From positions 1-42,411 of IMG/VR virus record IMGVR_UViG_3300032007_000171: DNA of 42,411 nt. The stretch is one strand, 5' to 3'. This DNA comes from a virus. The notes under the pieces were generated by a model that saw nothing but the letters and a program-made list of their open reading frames with translations, did no database searches and was not told the DNA's origin. Within the stretch, counting starts at the first letter, position 1; every line of letters begins with the position of its first letter. A program made the position numbers and the translations under genes. Shown here piece after piece: positions 23,635-31,306 of this stretch.

Positions 23635-24781
23635 ATCTAAATTGTTTATATTGTTTGTCTATTTCTTCCATTCTGCTTTTACATATAGCAGCCGGTTTAT
23701 ATTCCGGAAATAGCTGGCATACCAAATGATTCTTCTTTTCTACAAAGTACAGATATTTACAGAAATCGCTACTAAGGACCATGTAGGCAAGCATCTTCTG
23801 CTGATTAAACGATGCAGTGTGGCACATCATTCCGGTGTAACTATTGATTGAGCATAACAGACGCTGTGCTGATTCTGCAGACGCGCCTTGTTCGATAGCT
23901 CGATGGATTTTCCCTTTACATGCTCTAATCGTGCGATCTGCAGTGTATATGCGATTGGCAAATACATACTTACCGCAAAAGTATGCACCATGTCTTACTG
24001 GTTGACAGTAGAACTTCGTCGGATGTAATGTGAGCTGTATTCCGGATAAGATCCATGCAGATGCTATCCGAATAGCGTTCACTAAGCAGGCGTCGCGTAC
24101 CACGGCCGCCATGTCATCAACAAACTGGACAATCCTTACTCCTGGTATGAATGACAGGATCATTCCCCAGATAGCTGATATCATATTGGCTATGAGTTGT
24201 GAATAAAAGTTACCTATGGGTAATCCCTTTCCGGAATTGTTGCGTAACGTCTTATTCTTTGGGACCTTGTTTAATAGTGCAAGCGGGCTGTGTATATAGC
24301 ATCCATCGGCCGGGTCGTTTGTAATGAGCGCATGTAGTAGCTGAAGCATCTGCTCTACTTCGTCATCAGAATAGCCTTCCGGTCGAAAGCGATTGCAAAA
24401 CTGTACAAATGTATCAAAGGACATTTGTCTTGCGAGATTCATAAAGAATCCCTGGATATCCATCGTGATCACCATTCCATCCGGCATCTCACGCATCCAT
24501 CTCTGGAGCTGTTCGGCGGCCGTCTGTGCTGATAATCTCGGTCGGTTTCCGTGACTGATATTCCCATTACTTGTGTGCAGACTCTCTGTGACCTGCAGTA
24601 TGAACGGTGCGATGAGATGGTGAATGATCCTATCTACGTACATCGCTGCAAATACCTCTCGGAGCTTCGGATATGTAAGCGCAAAGCATACGCTCGGATC
24701 CGGTTTGTACGTTTTGGATATCAGTCTATATGCAAGATCGTATATTCGCGATAGGTGAAAGTGATATCTGGTCGCATTCAT
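23585..24781 (-). CDS. DGR reverse transcriptase (398 aa from ATG 24781; the open frame continues upstream through TR to ATG 25078)
   Basis: RT motifs are ITMDIQGFF, GLPIGNFYSQLIANM (DGR-type [LI]GxxxSQ) and VQFVDDMAAV (YxDD box). The gene lies directly downstream of TR. Confidence 0.85.
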   Translation of the reverse strand: MNATRYHFHLSRIYDLAYRLISKTYKPDPSVCFALTYPKLREVFAAMYVDRIIHHLIAPFILQVTESLHTSNGNISHGNRPRLSAQTAAEQLQRWMREMPDGMVITMDIQGFFMNLARQMSFDTFVQFCNRFRPEGYSDDEVEQMLQLLHALITNDPADGCYIHSPLALLNKVPKNKTLRNNSGKGLPIGNFYSQLIANMISAIWGMILSFIPGVRIVQFVDDMAAVVRDACLVNAIRIASAWILSGIQLTLHPTKFYCQPVRHGAYFCGKYVFANRIYTADRTIRACKGKIHRAIEQGASAESAQRLLCSINSYTGMMCHTASFNQQKMLAYMVLSSDFCKYLYFVEKKNHLVCQLFPEYKPAAICKSRMEEIDKQYKQFRYEYRSKSKCSALQCAA

Positions 24782-24844
24782 CCTATGGCTTTTGTGTGTA
24801 AAACATTCCTCCTCTGCGGTTAGTAGCTGATTCGCTTCTCGTTC

Positions 24845-24988
24845 TAATTCTGCAACCGGGACAACAGCGTAAGTGTTGTTCTTGTTGTTGTTGTTAACAT
24901 TCGCTGACGGAATTGTCACATACCATGCGTTGTTGGCATTGTTCTGCTGGCACGTCCACGTGTTGCCCGTCGGCAGAGTGCTGTGATT
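24845..24988 (-). repeat. DGR template repeat (TR), 144 bp
   Basis: It matches VR 25510-25653 at a constant offset of 665. The coding-strand sense contains 12 AAC codons. All 13 differences from VR are at TR adenines (T on the plus strand). Confidence 0.9.
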
Positions 24989-25074
24989 GCTATGTCGCTC
25001 TGGTGATATAACTTGCGGACTTTCGTCTTCATCGCAAGTGGCGACACCATTATAATGAGTGAGCGCGCTCGTCT

Positions 25075-25449
25075 TCATCCTTGGACTTGACGATTCTGAC
25101 CCTCTTGCGCGTTAGCGTTAGCAGACGCGTATAAGCATTGCTCGATATCGTCACACATAACGTCTAACTTTGCGCAAAAATCTTTGCTCCATCCATGCAT
25201 TAGCATCACCAGGTAGATATCCGCTTGGATCTCTTCGAGCGTATCGGTGGCGCGCTTCAGATAATCTTTGCCTCTGGCTTGCCGAAAGGCCTGGATATAC
25301 AGCCTATGTGCCGTCTCGATCGTGGAATCAAGAATGGAGTGCTGTATATCTCGAGGTGCTTTCTTCTTGCCATCAAGAATCATCTCATATAAGAGCGTGC
25401 ATTTCTTGATGATGGGTCTCTCTATGGCTTTTCTGCTACTATTCCGCAT
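25075..25449 (-). CDS. avd: Accessory variability determinant (Avd)-like protein (124 aa)
   Basis: A small, basic, helical-looking ORF lies between the VR-bearing gene and TR, the canonical avd position. Its stop overlaps the next ATG (ATGA). Confidence 0.65.
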   Translation of the reverse strand: MRNSSRKAIERPIIKKCTLLYEMILDGKKKAPRDIQHSILDSTIETAHRLYIQAFRQARGKDYLKRATDTLEEIQADIYLVMLMHGWSKDFCAKLDVMCDDIEQCLYASANANAQEGQNRQVQG

Positions 25450-25473
25450 TGGAGTGAATGACTTACTATTTGT

Positions 25474-25487
25474 CGTGCGTCCGCACG
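25474..25487 (-). promoter_or_regulatory. GC-rich hairpin 22 nt downstream of VR (candidate DGR target-recognition stem-loop)
   Basis: The minus strand reads CGTGC-GGAC-GCACG, a 5-bp GC-rich stem with a 4-nt loop, located between the VR end (25510) and the avd start (25449). Confidence 0.4.
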
Positions 25488-25506
25488 GCTGGAGGTTTCA
25501 CCTAAT

Positions 25507-26658
25507 TTATAATGCTGCAACCGGGACAACAGCGTAAGTGCCGTTCTTGCCGTAGTAGTTAACATTCGCTGACGGAATTGTCACACACCACGCGCTGTTG
25601 GCATAGTTCTGCTGGCACGTCCACGTGTTGCCCGTCGGCAGAGTGCTGCGATGCAAGAGCGATAAAAGCGTATTGATCTCCGAATAATACACATACATCA
25701 TCAATAGATGATTGATAGTAGGGAGAGTATATTGACGCTCATCGCCATCGTATGCTTTGTAATCCCATGCGAACTCGGCAGCGGGTGCACCTGTGATATT
25801 ATTAGCCACGCGAGGCACAACAAACCTACGAATGTATGTGACTCCATCCCAATAATATGCCTGATTAGTAGTATTATCTGTTTCGTCGTTCGTTACCACA
25901 TACACCTGTTGATCGTACATAAGGTGAATCCCGCTTGCTTCCATCTCTGCCTTGGTAGCAAACCGCACACATCCATACTCACTGTAATCCTTGTCCGGAT
26001 CGGACGGATCATAGTTCGTATGCGGCAACTTCTCCGGATTATAGAATAGTAAGATCCGGCGAGTGTTCTCGTAAGACTCAAATATCAACGAGTTCATCAG
26101 CACATTCAGGAACGAACCTGTTTGTGCGCCATATAATCCGGGGACGCTATCGGTCGTATTAGCCCATGTTTTTGTAGAATACCCCGTTCCTGCCACCAAA
26201 GGCAGACCTATCACAAATGATTGATAAGGTGTGATAACTGCCGGCTGGGCCGGTTCCGGCGTAGTACCATGCTCGTCAATGTATTGTTGCCACTCGACGG
26301 CTGAATAGCGAGTGCCGGACTTGCCCATGAGGCATATATCATGCGAACGCGTGCCTATCATGCTGACAAGTTGCGCAAACTGCGAGAATGGTGTATCGTC
26401 CGCAATGACTGCGCCCGCATTTCGCAATGCTGCTGTGATGGCATTTATGCTTGTGAGAAGTAGCTGGCACTTCTCGGCTGCAGTAGTTCCTACCACTTCA
26501 CGGTTGCACAGATCTAACTTAGCTTTGATATTAGCCACTAAATCTGTCTTATCGACATTTGTCATGGTCCATTCTTTAACAGAATTAACGGCCATGAGTA
26601 CCAGATCTTCAGCCATACCCAATGTCATGGTACGGTCTGCGTTGTAAGCATCATTCAT
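25507..26658 (-). CDS. DGR target protein (383 aa), putative receptor-binding tail fibre protein with a C-terminal variable region
   Basis: This is the last gene of the tail-fibre block. The C-terminal 48 codons are the VR. ...TWTCQQNYANSAWCVTIPSANVNYYGKNGTYAVVPV resembles the C-type-lectin/DUF1566-type VR scaffold (W..AW...G......K.....V). Confidence 0.8.
   Translation of the reverse strand: MNDAYNADRTMTLGMAEDLVLMAVNSVKEWTMTNVDKTDLVANIKAKLDLCNREVVGTTAAEKCQLLLTSINAITAALRNAGAVIADDTPFSQFAQLVSMIGTRSHDICLMGKSGTRYSAVEWQQYIDEHGTTPEPAQPAVITPYQSFVIGLPLVAGTGYSTKTWANTTDSVPGLYGAQTGSFLNVLMNSLIFESYENTRRILLFYNPEKLPHTNYDPSDPDKDYSEYGCVRFATKAEMEASGIHLMYDQQVYVVTNDETDNTTNQAYYWDGVTYIRRFVVPRVANNITGAPAAEFAWDYKAYDGDERQYTLPTINHLLMMYVYYSEINTLLSLLHRSTLPTGNTWTCQQNYANSAWCVTIPSANVNYYGKNGTYAVVPVAAL
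25510..25653 (-). repeat. DGR variable repeat (VR), 144 bp
   Basis: Mismatches to TR are at 25514, 25541, 25542, 25550, 25551, 25554, 25557, 25586, 25591, 25595, 25605, 25649 and 25653. At each of these TR has T on the plus strand, which is A on the coding strand. Confidence 0.9.
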
Positions 26659-26662
26659 TGTT

Positions 26663-27463
26663 TTATTCGATTGGGGTTAGTATTGTTGCTATTCGGCTTT
26701 GCATGTGCGTTTTGAACGCAGCGTATTCCGCACTTGTGGCCTGGATTGCTTTACCGGCTGCATTCTTAAACAGCTCCGTGATAGTGGTCGGCTCCAGTTC
26801 TTCGTAGGTGAAGATCTGCATCACTACTTCGGTGCCTAACGGATTATAGACATCGTGGATACCGGTAACGCGATAATAATGACCGGCCTTCCACAGGATA
26901 TACGATATCACTCCGGATATCTTGTTTTCCGACTCATCGTACTTCAGATCGGTAGCCGTTGATGATACGGTTTTGGCTACAGCCAGATCGCCTACCGTTG
27001 CATCGTACACAGTAGGTTTAATGATATCGCCTACTTTATACTCTTCAGAGTGTTGCGATCTTATATCGATGCTATCCTCTACGACAAAATCGCCATCATC
27101 GAGGATCCCGCAAAAACCGCTGGATCTCTCTGCTGGTAAGCCGGTATCAGCTATATCCTCAATGATGCAGCTGCCGGCCGTGTCTCGGAGATCATCTCCC
27201 ATGTCGATTTTGATGGTCAGTTTGTCGCCTAACGTAATCGATGGCGTGCTGCTATCGAGCGTGATAGTCACCTCTCGGTTCGCGCTGTTGTATACTACAG
27301 TGCTAATGTTAGTCTTCTTCATCGAACTGGCTAACACTGCCTTCTGTGTCTCATTGATGATCACTCGTACATTCTCGACGGTGATGGCCGAGAACTTTGC
27401 CGGTACGTCATACAGCACAACCTTGTGCTCTGACGCCCAATAATTGGTATATACTCTTTCCAT
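26663..27463 (-). CDS. Tail fibre/baseplate-associated protein (266 aa), function unassigned
   Basis: Assigned by position in the tail module, immediately upstream of the DGR target gene. Confidence 0.5.
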   Translation of the reverse strand: MERVYTNYWASEHKVVLYDVPAKFSAITVENVRVIINETQKAVLASSMKKTNISTVVYNSANREVTITLDSSTPSITLGDKLTIKIDMGDDLRDTAGSCIIEDIADTGLPAERSSGFCGILDDGDFVVEDSIDIRSQHSEEYKVGDIIKPTVYDATVGDLAVAKTVSSTATDLKYDESENKISGVISYILWKAGHYYRVTGIHDVYNPLGTEVVMQIFTYEELEPTTITELFKNAAGKAIQATSAEYAAFKTHMQSRIATILTPIE

Positions 27464-27475
27464 ATATCTTATTGA

Positions 27476-28249
27476 TTAAAGACCTGCGCACGCAAGGTCG
27501 TAAACTTCCTGCAGTTCTGCTTTCGATACAAAGATAAACTCTTCCCATTCTCCCCACGCCTGGGTATTTGTCTTCTTCCTGAATTGATATCCGGAGCGGT
27601 TGGATAGTGTCTGCGTGATTGTGACTCGGCGCAATCGAGATGCTACAGATCGCTCAATAACGAGAGTGTACCAGTTAAAAACTCTGGCCATAGCGGTTAC
27701 GGTGGTAACGCATACGCGATAGATGCCCTCGTCTGTGTATTCGTCTAACTCACTGAGGCTATTCACATAGATAGTGTTATCTATCGGCTCGCCGGTCATA
27801 TCCACGAACTCATCATCCTTGTAGATGTAGAAGTGGGTGCTGTCATTAGTAATATAGATGACATTCTCCTTTGCTTCAGCCTCGGTCCATGCGCCATCCT
27901 GATACTCCTTCAGCAGGTTGTCTTCAGAGTCGATGTACATGTCACCGGCCGATGGATCTTCCGGAGCTACGTCTGAATAAGTCAGTACGCTTATGATCTC
28001 TTTGTCATCGACCGGCTGCAACTGTGCCAGGATATCATTGATCGCTTGTGTGATTACTCTATTCTGTACGGGATGTAAGGATGTGATCGACAGCTCATCG
28101 TCGATCTGATTCAGGTATTTCTGAATATATGCCATGACGGTGCCGAAAGGCAGTGCCATGATTTTACCATCCTGCGCGGCGGCGATAAGGATCTTATCAC
28201 CATTCTCCGGAGACACTTGCACCGGATACTGTGAATCATATAGAGCCAT
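27476..28249 (-). CDS. Tail fibre/baseplate-associated protein (257 aa), function unassigned
   Basis: Assigned by position in the tail module, with a 14-nt overlap with the upstream gene. Confidence 0.5.
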   Translation of the reverse strand: MALYDSQYPVQVSPENGDKILIAAAQDGKIMALPFGTVMAYIQKYLNQIDDELSITSLHPVQNRVITQAINDILAQLQPVDDKEIISVLTYSDVAPEDPSAGDMYIDSEDNLLKEYQDGAWTEAEAKENVIYITNDSTHFYIYKDDEFVDMTGEPIDNTIYVNSLSELDEYTDEGIYRVCVTTVTAMARVFNWYTLVIERSVASRLRRVTITQTLSNRSGYQFRKKTNTQAWGEWEEFIFVSKAELQEVYDLACAGL

Positions 28250-29474
28250 TTTCTTGTATGGTGTTTGAGTTGTTATCCAAAATTAAGTTACCGCTGTTAT
28301 CCTGGAGCAGGCCGGCGCGGTTGCTCGGAAGCGGATGTACGGTACGGTTCGGCTTCTGGAAGCGTGTCTGCTTCAGTACTTCGATCGTCATCTCAAAAGT
28401 CTCCGGTTCGCGCTGCTTAACGGCGTGCTTGGCGTCGGTAGTGATAAGTACCGGCACCCACTCGCCGTCTATCTTGATACTTACGGAATCGCTCGTAAGC
28501 ATATCCATCAGCGCAATGATACGCGCCGGTGTCAGATATCCGGTCTGCAGGCTGTATTTTGTGGTCACGGTACGGCGCTTATAGGATCGGTTCGTACTGT
28601 TGACGGTTTTTGACGTGATGTAAGGATCCTGATCCTCCACTTCGGATATATCCTGCAGCTCGCCGGTAAGCAGCAGCGCCTCACGCGCTCCCATGCTATT
28701 AGTCCATCTTATCAGATAGGACTCATCCGTGCTCGGATCATCCTGGATAGATATGGAGTTGATCAGGAACTCTTCGTTATAATGGTAGTATAGCATCAGA
28801 ATGTTCGCGTCTGAATAAATCTGGAACCGCGAAACGGCGTCGCCATCAAGCCATATACCGAAAAGGTTAAATCTTCCGGATATCGCGAGTATTTTGCTGT
28901 CGTAATCTTGTTGGTCAGCCTGTCCGTTATCCGTGTCGATGTGAAAATCATCGTATTCGTTGGTTATGAACGCAAATATCTCTTCCATCGCCTGCAGCTC
29001 TGAACGGTAGAAGTGCAAGGATCCTTCCTCTTCTCCTCGAGCTAATAAGAACGGGTGTTTGTTGGATGGCATGGCTCCTGTAAGCGTCAGGCCCCCGGAA
29101 GTGCCCGGAAGGCAAAGATGCTCCGTGCTATCCAGCTCGGACGCGGTTCCGTCGATATGAGTAAGCTGCACGGTAGCATAGCCGTATATCTCTGCATCGC
29201 GATAAATGAAGACATGATATCTTCCGGTGTACGCCTGGATGATATCGGTCAAATCGATACTGAATCTGTTTTCGTCTTGATCTCCTTTCTCTGGATAGCA
29301 AACCAGATCGACGGTGATATACTCGTTACCGGGTCTGGAGTCCGACTCTACACCAAGCTTGAATTTAAAGCTCCGCGGCGCATTGGACGTCGGATCCGTG
29401 TCGATGACTAAGTAGGAAACGCCATCGGCTGCGAAGCACACACTTGCCGGTTTTTTGCTAAGTATTACTGCCAT
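28236..29474 (-). CDS. Tail/baseplate protein (412 aa from ATG 29474; the track ORF start at 29525 lies inside the promoter)
   Basis: ATG 29472-29474 lies 19 nt downstream of late promoter element 29493-29530. Confidence 0.55.
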   Translation of the reverse strand: MAVILSKKPASVCFAADGVSYLVIDTDPTSNAPRSFKFKLGVESDSRPGNEYITVDLVCYPEKGDQDENRFSIDLTDIIQAYTGRYHVFIYRDAEIYGYATVQLTHIDGTASELDSTEHLCLPGTSGGLTLTGAMPSNKHPFLLARGEEEGSLHFYRSELQAMEEIFAFITNEYDDFHIDTDNGQADQQDYDSKILAISGRFNLFGIWLDGDAVSRFQIYSDANILMLYYHYNEEFLINSISIQDDPSTDESYLIRWTNSMGAREALLLTGELQDISEVEDQDPYITSKTVNSTNRSYKRRTVTTKYSLQTGYLTPARIIALMDMLTSDSVSIKIDGEWVPVLITTDAKHAVKQREPETFEMTIEVLKQTRFQKPNRTVHPLPSNRAGLLQDNSGNLILDNNSNTIQENGSI

Positions 29475-29492
29475 AGTTTTTTCTGTTTTGTT

Positions 29493-29530
29493 GTGCAAAG
29501 GTACTGCTTTTTTTTCAAATATCAAAAGAC
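29493..29530 (-). promoter_or_regulatory. Late promoter element (copy b)
   Basis: The minus strand reads GTCTTTTGATATTTGAAAAAAAAGCAGTACCTTTGCAC, giving TTTG-N19-TAccTTTG. Confidence 0.7.
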
Positions 29531-29536
29531 ACGATT

Positions 29537-31306
29537 TTACGGCTTCCTTCCGGCTATAAATTCGATGGTCACATGCTGCTTATCGCTATTCTCGAGTTCG
29601 TACTGGAGTTTGGCCGGCCAGCACAATCGACCTTGGATTATGTAGGGTGTTGTGAAGTCAAACTGATTCACATCGACTGTCTTCATTACGGTAGTGATGG
29701 TAATACGATCACTATTCTCTGCGATGATATTGTACTCGGTGTTAAACTCCTTATTACATTGGGTTGTATTGATATATAGCTGGTCGTACTCTTCCGCTTC
29801 CGGAGACTGCCTGGACCATACTTCGATGTTGTCAATAAGGATGCTATTATAGATGGATTCCATAATACTTATGCCGGTGTTATGCATCTGTATGCACACT
29901 CCAAATGCGAGTGGGCACTCTGACGTTTTGGTCTCGTCTATGTCGCCTCCACGCGTGGTGGTAGTGCGCTGGCACACGCCATCCAGTTCGAAGCTAAAGC
30001 ATTCTCCATAATCATAATCCATAGTTGTAGGATCCATACCATTTTCAACGCAGTATCCATCACGAAGAGACTCACACCATGAGTCATATAGATATTCCGG
30101 AGTTTTAATCTTATCCATATCGTCGATAGGCATGTGATCCGGAGAAGAGTTAAAGGTAATTTGCTTATCGCGCATAGCCCCTAATTTGCGGGTCTTCGAA
30201 AATAGCTTCAGGATCTTCTCTGTGAACTGCATTTTGACAGTTTTATTGTCCGGCTGCAGTATAAATACCACGCCGAATTGCGCCTGCACGGCCGATATGA
30301 ACTCCTTGGCGCTTACTTCCGGAACCAATGCGCTGTATGGCATGTATCCGGGATAGATAGCGTCCATGGTGTTATTAAGCACTACGATCTGATTCCATTT
30401 CACCTCGAGTCCATCAGGCCAATACGGCCAATATGTACCAAAGTCATAATTTAGCGTATATCCCAGATAGTTGAATATCTGCTTAATGACGACATCTAAC
30501 CGTAAGAATCCGGTACAGTATAGGTGTTTATTTTTGTTCTTGTAACCTACCATCCATGTACTTGTACTGTGATCATAGACTCGCGGTTGTTTCTTCCCGT
30601 AGCACTCGGTTGTTGTGTACCATTCAAACTCGGATTTTAGACGTACCATTTTATAGGTGTCTTCGCCGTAGGTTTTTTGTAGAGTCATTAACTCCTCATG
30701 TAAAGTTCTGTCTTCCGCATTCCCCGTTACATAGCGATTAACACATGCCGGCTCGTTTAACCATCCGTCTTTTGTATTCATGGCGGCTACAATAAAGTCG
30801 TGATTCTTCAGCCAGTTGTTTAAGTCATCGCCATATGTATAAGGTGGGACCATATAGTCATAGAATTGTGCTATGAGCTGCGTGCGGTAATACTCGATAT
30901 CATCAAGGAGACCCGGAATGTTTCCGAAATGCATATCGGCCATCGCCTGCGGTACGGTCACGGCATCCAGCTTACTCCAAATATTCGACTCATTGAAGTA
31001 CAGTGTAGCCTCGACGGCCTCATCTGAGCATCCGGAGATGCACATGGTGGCCGCTTTCTGCCAGCTACCCTGCGTCACTATCACGGAGATATCCGGAATG
31101 GCCCGGATGGCAGCTTCTTCAGAATCGTAAATATCGAGATGATCCGGGAACTGCAGAAGCTTCCGGTTTTTATGCGTCAGCGGTAAGGATACCGGTAATG
31201 ACATAGATCCGGTCTTCGAGAAGATCGGGCTGGCCATCTCTATATTTAATTTGAGATCGAGCGGTAAATCAAACTTGCTACCGGTCTCTAACAATGCGAT
31301 GATCAT
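29537..31306 (-). CDS. Tail protein following the tape measure (589 aa; distal-tail/tail-tip candidate)
   Basis: ATGA overlap with the tape-measure stop. Evidence is positional. Confidence 0.55.
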   Translation of the reverse strand: MIIALLETGSKFDLPLDLKLNIEMASPIFSKTGSMSLPVSLPLTHKNRKLLQFPDHLDIYDSEEAAIRAIPDISVIVTQGSWQKAATMCISGCSDEAVEATLYFNESNIWSKLDAVTVPQAMADMHFGNIPGLLDDIEYYRTQLIAQFYDYMVPPYTYGDDLNNWLKNHDFIVAAMNTKDGWLNEPACVNRYVTGNAEDRTLHEELMTLQKTYGEDTYKMVRLKSEFEWYTTTECYGKKQPRVYDHSTSTWMVGYKNKNKHLYCTGFLRLDVVIKQIFNYLGYTLNYDFGTYWPYWPDGLEVKWNQIVVLNNTMDAIYPGYMPYSALVPEVSAKEFISAVQAQFGVVFILQPDNKTVKMQFTEKILKLFSKTRKLGAMRDKQITFNSSPDHMPIDDMDKIKTPEYLYDSWCESLRDGYCVENGMDPTTMDYDYGECFSFELDGVCQRTTTTRGGDIDETKTSECPLAFGVCIQMHNTGISIMESIYNSILIDNIEVWSRQSPEAEEYDQLYINTTQCNKEFNTEYNIIAENSDRITITTVMKTVDVNQFDFTTPYIIQGRLCWPAKLQYELENSDKQHVTIEFIAGRKP

